DNA of 64,000 nucleotides, taken from IMG/VR virus record IMGVR_UViG_3300009149_000016, positions 43,137-107,136 of that record, one strand, 5' to 3'. The notes beneath the pieces are model-generated. The model was not told the DNA's origin. It worked only from the letters and a program-made list of their open reading frames with translations, and made no database searches. This document shows, piece by piece, positions 17,474 to 27,411 of the stretch. This DNA is from a virus. The translations under genes and the position numbers were made by a program. The stretch's first letter is position 1, and each line of letters opens with the position of its first letter.

Positions 17474-17644
17474 CTAGTTCTGGATTTCCTCGACCCGGTC
17501 ACACTCGGGGCCGGTCTGTTCATCGTTGATCTGGTGGCCCACGGCGGTCGTGATCTTCAAGACTTCGGAGCAATTCTGCCCGCTGCGTTCCTGAACTTCC
17601 GTGATAACTTTGTTCGTAGGGGTGAACGTGACCTTGACTCGCAT
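17474..17644 (-). CDS. DUF2997-like small protein (56 aa, not in ORF track)
   Basis: Hand translation MRVKVTFTPTNKVITEVQERSGQNCSEVLKITTAVGHQINDEQTGPECDRVEEIQN*; GGAG RBS; V..EV....G..C......G pattern and gene context. Confidence 0.65.
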   Translation of the reverse strand: MRVKVTFTPTNKVITEVQERSGQNCSEVLKITTAVGHQINDEQTGPECDRVEEIQN

Positions 17645-17678
17645 TGTACTAGCTCCCTGGCTTGTTGCCTCATTCGGT

Positions 17679-18242
17679 TCACTTGGGGTCTACACCAGGA
17701 CTGCCCAATCTTACCTGGGCTCCCGACGGAATCACAACCTCATTTGTCGGTGCCGGCTTCTTTTTGGGCTCCCAAGGATCCGTTTGCGCTGGTTTTGTAG
17801 GGGCTCCCGCTAAAACACGCCCCTGATTCATAATAGGTTGAAATTGATCCGGTGGTGGCGCCGGGTCAGTAGGGTCCATGGCATCGTCCAGAGGTAACTC
17901 CACAAGTGGCTCACGCTGCGTGTCAGGTGGCGCTTCCTCGTCCTCTTCACCCTCTTGTAGGGGGTCGATCCATTGCGCCCCTAACTCGGGCATACGCTCC
18001 TCAGGAGCGGGGGCCCCGACGAAACGCTTGGCTTTGATACCTTGGTACCGTTCGTCGAGAGGGTCCATGCGGGGAACGTCAAGAAACAGGCGGCTTTCCC
18101 AGGTTTGGGTTCGCTTGTCGAACAGGCTCTTGCCCGCCATGCTCCGATGACATTCCGTTTGAACGCAGAATGCGCACCACGTCGCCTGGAAGTCTACCAG
18201 GGGCTCGCCTTGAGCATTGCATTCGCCTAGAAAGTCCCGCAT
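17679..18242 (-). CDS. hypothetical protein with N-terminal Cys cluster and Pro-rich tail
   Basis: C...WCAFCVQTECHRS; directly downstream of the polymerase gene. Confidence 0.65.
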   Translation of the reverse strand: MRDFLGECNAQGEPLVDFQATWCAFCVQTECHRSMAGKSLFDKRTQTWESRLFLDVPRMDPLDERYQGIKAKRFVGAPAPEERMPELGAQWIDPLQEGEEDEEAPPDTQREPLVELPLDDAMDPTDPAPPPDQFQPIMNQGRVLAGAPTKPAQTDPWEPKKKPAPTNEVVIPSGAQVRLGSPGVDPK

Positions 18243-18258
18243 CCCCGTAACCTAGCGC

Positions 18259-21200
18259 TTAATTGTCGTCGAGCAAGCCTGGTACCCCGGTCCCCAGATT
18301 TTGCTCTCGAATGGATTGACCGAACACCTCTGCGTCGATCTTGAGGCCAATACCACGAAAGTCCGGCCCAATCAACGTGTTGCCAGCGATGTCGACCAGG
18401 TGCAGCACACTGACCGGGTTTGTCTCCGGGAACCGAGCCTTCATGGCTGCCAAGCACACGCTCTGAACCGAGACTTCGTCCAGCTTGTTGATCTTGAAGA
18501 TCGCCACCTTGGGCGGCTCTTTGCGCTTGGGGAAGCTCGCCGATGGCTTCGGTGGCTCGGCTTGAGTCTCGCTGGCGCCGTGGTCGAACTTCAGGGTGAG
18601 CCAATCAGGGCTCTTGGCGTAGACCTTATCCCCCTGCCTGAAGTGGGAATCCTTGATCTCTTGCCCATCCTCATAGGCTTCGCCGTACTTCATCTGACGC
18701 CAGTCGTAAGTCGCTGCCCAGGACCGACCGAGAAGCGGTTCAACGATGAGCGGTACCTCCCACCCAACCATTCGACTGTACTCTTCCATGTAGAATTCGA
18801 TGACTTCCATGATCTCTTGAGCCATGTCGTCCCGAATCTCAAACACGATTTCATCGTGGACGTTCAAGAGGATGCGTGCGCAGTCGAGACCGTTCTTGAG
18901 CCAGCCCCGCTTGTAGAATTCCCGGTGCAGCAAGATGAACGACACCTTGAGAACGTCGGCGCCCGTGTTCTTGTTGATCGCCCCCTCACACTCAAAGCGA
19001 TGACCTTCATCCTGAACGGATAGAGTGAAGGTTGGACCCTCCTGAGAAAGGGTGCGGGTTTCCTTGACCCGTTGGTACCCATAGACCGGCTGGGTAATCG
19101 TCCAACCCATTGTGTCGAGCATGTGCTGAAAGGTGATGAGCGTCACGGTGCCACCCGACCGCATGCGCAAGTAGAGATTGTAGAGAGACTCGTTGGGGAA
19201 AGCAGACCGCTTTTCCTCTGGGTAGACTTCAAGCAACTCATCGATCAGGAAAGAAGGCGCGTACAGATCGACCATCTTCGGAAGCCGGGCCGATGTGTGC
19301 TCTACAGCAGACCGGAACATCCGCTGATTGATGTCCAAGCGGTAACTCACCTGTCCTTTGTAGGTGTATGGGCCATAAAGTGTGGAATCCACCCCTAATG
19401 TACGCAGCAAGAGCTTCACATCACGCAACAACTCTTTCTGGCAGAGGTGGATGCTGTAAGGGTCACCATTCGTGGTGCGATGCCCATCTGAAGACATCAA
19501 CCCCAACACAAACTGTTGTCGGTTGACCAACAACCCGGAGAAAATCCGAGACGAAAGTCGCTTGGTGTGAGCAGTAGCGGCGGGAATTCCCAACTCGTCA
19601 AGCCACCGAACCAAATCCACACTGTGAACACTCACGATGTATCGGGTGGAAACCTTTTCGTGTGGTTGGTGTGTGGCTTCACGAATGGTTGGGTTGAGCC
19701 CCCATCGCCGCCAGAAGCCCACACATTGATCCATTTTGGCCGTTTCATGAGCACCGAAGATGTAGTGGAGCCCATCGTCCCCCTTCCAACCATCCCCGAA
19801 GTAGTAACCCAACCAGAACCACAGGTCACCTTCATTGTCGGGAGGCATCACAGGCGTGTGCGTTGAGCGCTCGCCAGACACAAGAGGGGGGAGTGGAAGC
19901 TCAGGGAATGTGACTGGTTTGGGGATCGATGTTGCTACCATATCCCCAACACACAAATCCGAGAAATCTTTCCAGATATACCCGTGTTCCGAAAAGACAA
20001 GCACCTTGTGACGAGTATCGCAAGGGATGAGGGTTCCATCTGCAAGCTCGATCTCGGCGTATTGCCATGGGCCCATATCGCGAAGTTGGAAAGATGCCCA
20101 ATTGGTCCCCGTCCAAACCCGGCAATCCTTCTGCCTGGAAAGCTCGGCAATCGTCAGGTATCCATGATCTGTTAGGATGCGAGCCGAAGGCTGGAGACAA
20201 CCTTGAATCGGATAGTTCGTCGAGTACCGCTCACATGCAGCCCGCAGCTTGTTGGCGTCCTCTTTGTTGAGGAAACGCCCCATGCTGTCCTTCGTGCCTT
20301 CTTTGCAAGCGGCATCCGGGATGGAGATCCAGCGGCCCGAAGCCGTTTTGACTCCGAGGTTGGTCTTGACGTAGGCGTGCTGCCCCTTGACCCATGTGGC
20401 GAACTTGCTGACTTTCTTGTCGAAGTTTTGCTTACGACGTCGGGCTTCCTGCTTGTTGCAACCCGTGGCCCGCATGATGGCTGCCGGCCCGCCACCGTAG
20501 ACGAGCGCGAAGTTGGCAGCCTTGCCCATCTTGCGCTTGTCTGTGTCGTCCCTTGTGATGTGCGCCCCGAAGAACGCTTGAGCCGTGATTGTGTGAAGGT
20601 CACCCGTGCCGTGGATGAATTCCTTAAGCCAAACGGGTTCCTGACTCAAGTTGGTGACAATTCGAAGCTCTTGGCCTGCATAGTCGCTCTTGACTATCGT
20701 GTAGCCGGGCCGGGAGATGAACAGCCGACGCAGGCTGTGGGCGACCTTGGGACGCTTCGGGTCCTTGCGGGCAGGGATCCCGTGGATGGGAATGCTGGTA
20801 CCCCCATGGTCAGACTTACCAGCGGGAGCCGAGAAACGCCCCGTCGTGGTCCCCGTCTGCTTGAAGTCGAACCGAAGCTGGTCAAACTCATCAACGTCGT
20901 GGAGCATGCCTTCCAAGTAGGTCCCGATGATCTTGTCGATCTGACGCCATTTGACGATATCGACAAGGATATCGGGCGCATCGCCAGCCTCTGCCAGCTT
21001 CTCAAGGATGTCAGCCGACGTCGAGTATTGCTGCGAACCCGCCTTTTCAGCCGCTTTCGTGAGAGGGGGCTTGGGTTCTAAATCGAACCCCTTGCTCGTG
21101 AACAGCAAGTCACTCACTTGCGGGGGGCTGCCGGGGTTGAAGTCCTTAAACCCTACGGACTTGGCAACATCGACGATCCTCTTTTCGGTTTCAGCAAGCT

Positions 21201-22281
21201 CGATCTTTGCTTCCTCAATGAGGATGGCGACTTCCTTCAGATCGATCTTGACCCGGTTGCGGTCCATCACCCGGCAGACCTGGACGACCTTCTTTTCCAT
21301 CTGGTAGGCACCAGAGAATTTCTTGTCCTTCCACGCCTTGGTGATCTCTGGGTGTCGGCAAAGAAGCAACGTACAGATGCCGTCGCCGCCGACGTATTCC
21401 TTCACGCCGAAGCTCGCCGGATCGAGAGAAGCGAAGTCGACCGTCTGCCCTCGCTCGAACAGTTCCTTCATCTCGACCATCTCGTAGGGTTCATCGTCCG
21501 GCGTCCGAAGCAACTGCTTTGCCTTGGGCTTCAGACCAATGCGCTTGTCCCCTGAGAAAATCGTGAATGCCGCAAGCATTCCGTCTTGGAAAGAACTTGG
21601 ATGCCAGTAGTCGATCCCGGTGACCGGGTAGAGGAATTCTTGGTCGAACTTGGAGTGCCAGAAACAGATGACGACCTTGCCTGGTACCGCAACCTTACCG
21701 GCAAGTGGGTCCTCTTTGGCTGACTCTGGGTCGAGGGTGGGCTGTGAGGCCAAGCACAACCGCTTGATCTGCTCTTCAACCGCTTTGACGTCTGGGATGT
21801 TCGGATTGACATCCGGTGTCAGCGGATCTGGACGGTGCCGGACGGGCAGGTAGTAGCCCGTGACACCGTCGACGCTCATACAGTAGCCGACGATCTTGTG
21901 CGGAGTGCTTGGGGCTCCGTTCTCATCGTAATTGATCCGGTTGTCGAAGCCCTGGGTTTCCAGGTCAAGTGAACACTCACCCGCTTCGATAGCCTCATCT
22001 ACGAGCTTGACGACTTCCTCCACCGTCGAGAGCAAGACGAACTTGTGGTGTTTCATCCACGGCTTGATCACGGCTCGGGTGACAGATGCCGCCTTCAGCG
22101 TCCCATCGGCGAACATGCTCGCCGGGTCGTCCCCTACGTCGTCATCGTCATCGTCGTCCGGTTCGGGGGCCTTAGCCTTTGGGGGCTCGGGCTTGGGAGG
22201 ATCAGGCTTCGGTTCCGGGACGGGTGGAAGCTCTGCGTCGTCCATGTCGAATTCGTCATCGTCGAAGTCAGACTCATCCAT
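18259..22281 (-). CDS. polA: DNA polymerase family A (3'-5' exonuclease + polymerase), intein-containing
   Basis: Exo I DLET; motif A DYAGQELR; motif B RKMGKAANFALVYG; motif C VHDE; acidic/Pro-rich N-terminus; no 5'-3' exonuclease domain. Confidence 0.95.
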   Translation of the reverse strand: MDESDFDDDEFDMDDAELPPVPEPKPDPPKPEPPKAKAPEPDDDDDDDVGDDPASMFADGTLKAASVTRAVIKPWMKHHKFVLLSTVEEVVKLVDEAIEAGECSLDLETQGFDNRINYDENGAPSTPHKIVGYCMSVDGVTGYYLPVRHRPDPLTPDVNPNIPDVKAVEEQIKRLCLASQPTLDPESAKEDPLAGKVAVPGKVVICFWHSKFDQEFLYPVTGIDYWHPSSFQDGMLAAFTIFSGDKRIGLKPKAKQLLRTPDDEPYEMVEMKELFERGQTVDFASLDPASFGVKEYVGGDGICTLLLCRHPEITKAWKDKKFSGAYQMEKKVVQVCRVMDRNRVKIDLKEVAILIEEAKIELAETEKRIVDVAKSVGFKDFNPGSPPQVSDLLFTSKGFDLEPKPPLTKAAEKAGSQQYSTSADILEKLAEAGDAPDILVDIVKWRQIDKIIGTYLEGMLHDVDEFDQLRFDFKQTGTTTGRFSAPAGKSDHGGTSIPIHGIPARKDPKRPKVAHSLRRLFISRPGYTIVKSDYAGQELRIVTNLSQEPVWLKEFIHGTGDLHTITAQAFFGAHITRDDTDKRKMGKAANFALVYGGGPAAIMRATGCNKQEARRRKQNFDKKVSKFATWVKGQHAYVKTNLGVKTASGRWISIPDAACKEGTKDSMGRFLNKEDANKLRAACERYSTNYPIQGCLQPSARILTDHGYLTIAELSRQKDCRVWTGTNWASFQLRDMGPWQYAEIELADGTLIPCDTRHKVLVFSEHGYIWKDFSDLCVGDMVATSIPKPVTFPELPLPPLVSGERSTHTPVMPPDNEGDLWFWLGYYFGDGWKGDDGLHYIFGAHETAKMDQCVGFWRRWGLNPTIREATHQPHEKVSTRYIVSVHSVDLVRWLDELGIPAATAHTKRLSSRIFSGLLVNRQQFVLGLMSSDGHRTTNGDPYSIHLCQKELLRDVKLLLRTLGVDSTLYGPYTYKGQVSYRLDINQRMFRSAVEHTSARLPKMVDLYAPSFLIDELLEVYPEEKRSAFPNESLYNLYLRMRSGGTVTLITFQHMLDTMGWTITQPVYGYQRVKETRTLSQEGPTFTLSVQDEGHRFECEGAINKNTGADVLKVSFILLHREFYKRGWLKNGLDCARILLNVHDEIVFEIRDDMAQEIMEVIEFYMEEYSRMVGWEVPLIVEPLLGRSWAATYDWRQMKYGEAYEDGQEIKDSHFRQGDKVYAKSPDWLTLKFDHGASETQAEPPKPSASFPKRKEPPKVAIFKINKLDEVSVQSVCLAAMKARFPETNPVSVLHLVDIAGNTLIGPDFRGIGLKIDAEVFGQSIREQNLGTGVPGLLDDN
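18967..20199 (-). mobile_element. intein with LAGLIDADG homing endonuclease (411 aa)
   Basis: Junctions YPIQG|CLQPSARILT ... GAINKN|TGADVLK; block B CDTRH; LAGLIDADG blocks WLGYYFGDG and FVLGLMSSDG. Confidence 0.92.
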
Positions 22282-22714
22282 CGGTGTCCTCCAGGACTAC
22301 AATCACATACACGCCTTTTCGCCAATGACTGAGGATGTCAGCGGTGAAGGGCGCACCTCCCACGTCGGCAGGCTCATAGCACCAAGGCATCAATTTCGAA
22401 AAGGGGTGGCACTTGTGTTTCTCGAAGAAAATGCACTTCTGGCGTTGCTCGCACTGCTTGGCCGAAGCCGGCATTTTACGAAGGGAGCCTTCCGGGGGCA
22501 ACCCCAAAGCGTCGACCAACGGCTTTGTCCATCCACGGAGCGCATGATCCATCACCGACTGGGGTATGACGCTGAGTAGGGGGGCAAACGAAGTGGTCCG
22601 CACGGCGTCCCAGGTCCCCCACCCATCCTCTGACGCCCAGATGATGAACAGCGTGATCTCACCCATCTCAGTGGTGGCGAGCGTTAGCTGTCTGGGCACG
22701 GACCTTTTCCCCAA
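22274..22714 (-). CDS. hypothetical protein with four-Cys cluster
   Basis: CEQRQKC...KC...PWC; start codon uncertain. Confidence 0.6.
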   Translation of the reverse strand: MGKRSVPRQLTLATTEMGEITLFIIWASEDGWGTWDAVRTTSFAPLLSVIPQSVMDHALRGWTKPLVDALGLPPEGSLRKMPASAKQCEQRQKCIFFEKHKCHPFSKLMPWCYEPADVGGAPFTADILSHWRKGVYVIVVLEDTDG

Positions 22715-23303
22715 TCTTGTCGAGAATCTTCTGACAACGCTTACACGCCTGGGTCGCTGTCAGCTTGTCGCTCTTCATTCCGACGTGGATTCGGTCGAGA
22801 AGCGTACAAAGGGTGAGGTACGTCCGCATGTCGAACGCCGATTTCTCAGCGAGCAACCGGTTTTCACAGGCCACAATGAGTTGCTGGTACCTCTCCAGCG
22901 CTGGATCGACCGGGATGATCTCGGGCAACTTGGGCATCGGGGGGGTCTTGAGCCCGAAGTCCTTCTCGATCGCCAACAGCATTTGAGAGAACGACCCGCT
23001 CTGCCCGTGGAATTCCTTCCACAGCCCAATCACATCCCAGCTTTTCCGGCAGTAGTAGCACCAAATGTGGCTCTTGCTCGACGAAGTCTCAGGATAGGCC
23101 CGGGCGCTCGGCTTGTTGTCTTCCCCATGGAAGGGGCAACGGATCTGGTATTCTCGATCAGCGCTCGGTATGTCGTGATGATGGTGCTGAAGCATGTCGT
23201 ATGCCGAAATGCTCGCATGGATGTTGTCGATCCGGGTTCGGATCCAATCTCGGATGAGCTTCCCTCGAAGAATCTCGTCCCGGGCTTCGTCCTCAAAGCT
23301 CAT
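22668..23303 (-). CDS. stand-alone CHC2 zinc-finger protein (primase zinc-binding domain)
   Basis: IRCPFHGEDNKPSA...WCYYC...DVI; no TOPRIM domain. Confidence 0.85.
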   Translation of the reverse strand: MSFEDEARDEILRGKLIRDWIRTRIDNIHASISAYDMLQHHHHDIPSADREYQIRCPFHGEDNKPSARAYPETSSSKSHIWCYYCRKSWDVIGLWKEFHGQSGSFSQMLLAIEKDFGLKTPPMPKLPEIIPVDPALERYQQLIVACENRLLAEKSAFDMRTYLTLCTLLDRIHVGMKSDKLTATQACKRCQKILDKIGEKVRAQTANARHH

Positions 23304-24757
23304 ATCACATCCATCAACACCTCTCGGTGATCGGAAACCTCCATTCCGTTTCCGGTTTGCCCTCCATACGGGTTTTCGTTCTGCATTCGCCGGCAGATAA
23401 AATTGACGCTCGCCAGGAACGGCTCGAAAAGCGGGTTGTCCCGGTTCTTCAGGTTGCAGAACTTCGTGGTGCCGTCCCCTCGGTGGTCCTCGTTGAGGTA
23501 CGTGGTCGTGATGACGTCGGCACTGCGTTCGGCTTCATTGGCGTAGCTCAACGCCCGCATCCGGTAAAGACCTTCGTTCTTGTCGGCGTAGTCCTTACCA
23601 TCCCGGTTGATTTGGAACAGGAGTAGGATGGGGATGCCTTCGCCGTGGTTGAAGTGAAGGGCGAACTTCTTTGCCCCTCGAAGCACGCTGTTCAAGGCGA
23701 TCGTGTAGTCGCTGCTCCGTTTCGTCTTTTCGATCTCGATGAGCCCGCCGTGGTCGAGCACCACCAGGCCAATCTCCATCTCCCGGTGCATCAACTCCGC
23801 TTCCATGCGGATGTCTGGGATCGTCACGTCACGGTCGGGTGCCCAAACCTCGAAACGGCAGTATTCTGGGTTCGTGGAGAAGTCCTTGATCACCAGTTCG
23901 TAGAACTTCTCTTCCTCTTCTGTCAGTTCGCCGTCCCGAACCTTGCGGTAGTCAAGCGGTTGATACCCCTCAAGCCGGAACCTCGCGTGCGCCGAGTGCA
24001 GCACGTAGATCAACCGCATGAGGTGCTCGTACTTCATTTCCAGGCTCACGTAGAACACGTTCGTCCGGTACCGAGTCACCAGGTTGTAAGCCCAGTTGAT
24101 CGCGAAGGTCGTCTTCAGTTCACCGGCAAACCCGGCGTGAACCCACAGGTCGCCTTTCTTGATCCCGTGGCAAACCCGGTCGATGTGGTTGAGCCCCGTG
24201 AAGCGCCCCCACGCCTTGGACTTGTCTCGCTTGGCAGCCTGGTAGTCGTCCCAAGCTTTCTGACCGTCCTGGCGGATGTCGCCACGGGTCTTGGCGTTGC
24301 CCTCTGGGACGATCAGACCGTTGGTGTGCTGGACGAAGTGAAGGATGCCGTCCCGCACCCCCCGACGCATCTCCCCCTCGACCTTGGCCCCCTTCAGGAT
24401 GATCTCACGGGCCTCTTGGAGATAGGCGACCGCCCGGCTCTGGTGCTGTTCGTTCAGAAGCGACTGAAGGTGGAACGTGAAGTTGCTTCTCGTGTAGGCG
24501 GAATCGGCCTTGACGTCCTGAAGCCGCTCAAGCGCCTCGATGTTGTCGTGCTTCCGAAAGAAGTCCCGAACCGTTCGCTCGCTGGGAAGCTCAAGGTGGC
24601 TCTGAAAGAACGTGACGCAGAACTGATAGAGGCGCTGGTCGTCTTTCCGGTCCCATTGGAAGGTCGTATTCTGGACCTTCCGCATGTTGAGGACCAACTC
24701 CTCTTGCTCAACGTCGCCGAAGTCAATCAGTGAACGCAGAATTGTCTTGGTATCCAC
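23300..24757 (-). CDS. dnaB: DnaB-like replicative helicase
   Basis: GFAGELKTT (variant Walker A), VSLEM, VVLDH, FQINR, AERSAD, KNR; probable GTG start at 24757. Confidence 0.85.
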   Translation of the reverse strand: MDTKTILRSLIDFGDVEQEELVLNMRKVQNTTFQWDRKDDQRLYQFCVTFFQSHLELPSERTVRDFFRKHDNIEALERLQDVKADSAYTRSNFTFHLQSLLNEQHQSRAVAYLQEAREIILKGAKVEGEMRRGVRDGILHFVQHTNGLIVPEGNAKTRGDIRQDGQKAWDDYQAAKRDKSKAWGRFTGLNHIDRVCHGIKKGDLWVHAGFAGELKTTFAINWAYNLVTRYRTNVFYVSLEMKYEHLMRLIYVLHSAHARFRLEGYQPLDYRKVRDGELTEEEEKFYELVIKDFSTNPEYCRFEVWAPDRDVTIPDIRMEAELMHREMEIGLVVLDHGGLIEIEKTKRSSDYTIALNSVLRGAKKFALHFNHGEGIPILLLFQINRDGKDYADKNEGLYRMRALSYANEAERSADVITTTYLNEDHRGDGTTKFCNLKNRDNPLFEPFLASVNFICRRMQNENPYGGQTGNGMEVSDHREVLMDVI

Positions 24758-25497
24758 TAAATGTTCCCAAGTCCTGTTGGGCCCGAACCCTGGCTCTCTT
24801 TTCGAGCCTTGTCCTGTTTCCACTTCGGCTCACTGCTCACATCGTCGACCCCATGAATCGGTTCGCTGGTGCACGAGGACATATGCTGGATTGCCGTCGC
24901 ATGCTTTTCAGTCCTGCGTTGGGCCTTAGGAGCCATGTTGAGCCTTTTGAACCGCCGACGGATGTAGTTTTCCGTTTCCTGGCTCCATGAAAGGTGGCCC
25001 GCCTGAAAGAAATTTTCCGGCTCATTGATGATCCACGTTGGGGCTCCCGCCATCTCCCGCATCACGAGCGTCTCATGCAAAACGCCGGGGGCCGCAATGT
25101 TCTTGTACTTCAGACCGCCGAGCCGGATGATCAAAAGCTTGATATCCTCAGGGCCAACCAGGTCTCGGAGGGAGAAGTTGTCCTCCTCCCCGACGTACAC
25201 CCGAACGAGCCGTTGGTCCGTGACGAGCCGATACTGAAAGGTTGGGCCCTTGCACCCAAGCGCCCACTTCAGGTGCCCACGGGCAGTCTCCCACGAGACT
25301 TCAATCATCAAGTTCTTATCCGTCAGGTCGCGAGTCTCACTCCACAAGGGGCTTCTCGATGGAAGCTTGGCGTCGGCCAGTGAACCCAGGTAGGTCTTGA
25401 GCAGTTTGCGGTAGCGGCAGACGCACTGCGTCACCGTGTCGTCGGTCGTGAAGATGACCCCGGCACCTTTGCAGATGGTGCAAACGTCATCCTCCAT
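24757..25497 (-). CDS. DnaC/IstB-like helicase-loader homolog, ATPase motifs degenerate
   Basis: N-terminal CxxCxG...CxC; LLIIRLG in place of Walker B; adjacent to dnaB. Confidence 0.55.
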   Translation of the reverse strand: MEDDVCTICKGAGVIFTTDDTVTQCVCRYRKLLKTYLGSLADAKLPSRSPLWSETRDLTDKNLMIEVSWETARGHLKWALGCKGPTFQYRLVTDQRLVRVYVGEEDNFSLRDLVGPEDIKLLIIRLGGLKYKNIAAPGVLHETLVMREMAGAPTWIINEPENFFQAGHLSWSQETENYIRRRFKRLNMAPKAQRRTEKHATAIQHMSSCTSEPIHGVDDVSSEPKWKQDKARKESQGSGPTGLGNI

Positions 25498-25651
25498 TTT
25501 GCCGCTCTTGCTGTCGGAGTTGCTCATCTAGCTTTTTCCTCCGTCGTTCGTCCTGCCACGCTCGAAGTCGATCCATGAAGGTCGATCGGTACTGGCGAAC
25601 GTCCTTGTCGGGTACCTTGTGAGGGTCCCAACCCCCGTACTTTGTTGTCAT
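25487..25651 (-). CDS. small hypothetical protein (54 aa, not in ORF track)
   Basis: MTTKYGGWDPHKVPDKDVRQYRSTFMDRLRAWQDERRRKKLDEQLRQQERQNGG*; ATGA overlap with the SNF2 stop; GGAGG upstream. Confidence 0.55.
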   Translation of the reverse strand: MTTKYGGWDPHKVPDKDVRQYRSTFMDRLRAWQDERRRKKLDEQLRQQERQNGG

Positions 25652-27393
25652 TTATCCCTCCCTTGCAGCATCCCAACGAGATCCCGGATGCTGTTGCGCC
25701 CCTTCTCGAATTCCAAAGCGCCCACAGCCGCCTCACCAAGCACCTTGTTGATGACGTTGCGCTTCTTTCGTAGGAGAGTCAGGACGTAGTGGTCGATGGT
25801 GTGGACCCCCTCTTCTGGCTTGCCGTGCCGCTCGGCGATGAGGTGGTAGCACAGGACGTTCGGATGGGGGCTACCGATCCGGATGGGACGGCCCAAGATC
25901 TGGACGTAATTGCCGTAGCTCCACGGAGCATCGTAGAACACGATGGCTGCCGCCGCCTGCAAGTTGATCGATTCTGAACCGGCATCCGTAATGAAGATTA
26001 CATGGATATCGCTTTTCATATCCGTGAAGACTTTCTTGGCCTCTTCACGTTTGGCGTCATTCTCTTTGCCGGTGATCCGGACGGACTTGATACCGACCTG
26101 GTCGAGAAGTCCCCGGAGCCGAGCGACGACCGATTCGAACCGGGTGTAGACGATGACCTTCTCACCGTCCAACTCCTCTGCCATGAGCGCTTGGAGCATC
26201 TGTTCCTTCGAACCGAGCTTGCCCACCTCCAAGTCTTCGTCGAAGTCGATGATGAAATCTCCTTCCCGGTACTTGAGCAAGTCCAGGGAGTTGACCACCT
26301 TTTGGCACATCATCAAACTCGTCAGGGCTTTGCTGTCCTCATAATCAAGGACTTCGCCGGACCCAAGCTCCAAAACTCCGCTGAGCGCCTCGCAATACTT
26401 GGCGTCCTCGACCTTGCTCATCGGGAAGCGAACCTCACGGGTCGTGAGTGTCGGAAGCTCGGCCGATACCTCGTGCTTCTGGCGCCCCAAGAAAAACGTG
26501 TCGATTCGGTCCCGGAACCGGTCCAGGTTCTTGAACCCGAGCACGATCGGGATCTTGCGACGACCCACCGGCTGCATCTTCACGAAACAGAAGTCGTCCA
26601 TGAACTTCGTCTTCGTGGTGAACACCCCCGGCATGATAACGCCGTAGATGCTGAAGCCTTCCATCAAGTGGTTCTTCAGAAGGGTTGCGGTCAGGCCGTA
26701 GACCCGGTGGGAGCGGCTCGCCACCTGGGCGCATACGTCCCAGGTCTGGGTTCGGCTGTTTTTGAAGGCACTCGCTTCGTCGAAGATCATGACCAAGCTC
26801 TCGACCGAGTCGGTGATCCTGTCGAGAAGGCCAGGCACGACGGACGCGCCTTTCTTGAGGGCTTTCTTCTCTGGGATGAATCGGCCCTGTTTCCAATCCC
26901 GCACGAGGATGTGGTAGTTCATGATGAGAACTACCTTCTCGGCATCGGGGCCCGTGGGGGCCTCCTGCCACGCCTTGTATGCCGCCTCACGCTTGGCGAG
27001 GGTGCCGGATGCGATGACGGTCCGGACCCCCTTGGCAAAGCGCTGGATCTCCCCAGCCCACTGCCGAAGGGCGCTCTTTGGGGCGACCACGATCACCTTG
27101 TTGTTGTGCTCGATGCTCCACAGGTAGCACAGGGCGGCAATCGTCTCGATCGTCTTGCCTAGCCCGCACGCGTCCCCAAGGACCATGCGTTTGAGCTTGA
27201 GCATGTGGAAGGTGCCTTGGACCTGGTAGTACCGGAGCCGGAAGGGCTCTCGACCCCCGTCAAAGCTGGAGATTTCCTCCCGAAGCATTGGGCACGGTTT
27301 GAGTGAAACCGTCTTGGAAGCCCGGACCTTCTGGAGTTGCTCGTAGATGGGTCGATGGGTCTCGACCGGATCAGCAATCGGCTTGGCTGGCAT
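25648..27393 (-). CDS. SNF2-family SF2 helicase/translocase
   Basis: GDACGLGKT, DEAS, LTAT, ESINLQ, QILGRPIRIG. Confidence 0.92.
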   Translation of the reverse strand: MPAKPIADPVETHRPIYEQLQKVRASKTVSLKPCPMLREEISSFDGGREPFRLRYYQVQGTFHMLKLKRMVLGDACGLGKTIETIAALCYLWSIEHNNKVIVVAPKSALRQWAGEIQRFAKGVRTVIASGTLAKREAAYKAWQEAPTGPDAEKVVLIMNYHILVRDWKQGRFIPEKKALKKGASVVPGLLDRITDSVESLVMIFDEASAFKNSRTQTWDVCAQVASRSHRVYGLTATLLKNHLMEGFSIYGVIMPGVFTTKTKFMDDFCFVKMQPVGRRKIPIVLGFKNLDRFRDRIDTFFLGRQKHEVSAELPTLTTREVRFPMSKVEDAKYCEALSGVLELGSGEVLDYEDSKALTSLMMCQKVVNSLDLLKYREGDFIIDFDEDLEVGKLGSKEQMLQALMAEELDGEKVIVYTRFESVVARLRGLLDQVGIKSVRITGKENDAKREEAKKVFTDMKSDIHVIFITDAGSESINLQAAAAIVFYDAPWSYGNYVQILGRPIRIGSPHPNVLCYHLIAERHGKPEEGVHTIDHYVLTLLRKKRNVINKVLGEAAVGALEFEKGRNSIRDLVGMLQGRDK

Positions 27394-27411
27394 CCTTCTT
27401 ACCTACACTGG

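Noticed and set aside
22130-22281. GTC/ATC-rich microrepeats at the polA 5' end
   Set aside because: Explained by the Asp/Pro-rich low-complexity N-terminus of the protein.
25524-25739. 71-aa track ORF between SNF2 and the loader gene
   Set aside because: It overlaps SNF2 by ~90 nt; the 54-aa ORF at 25487-25651 fits better (RBS, ATGA coupling).
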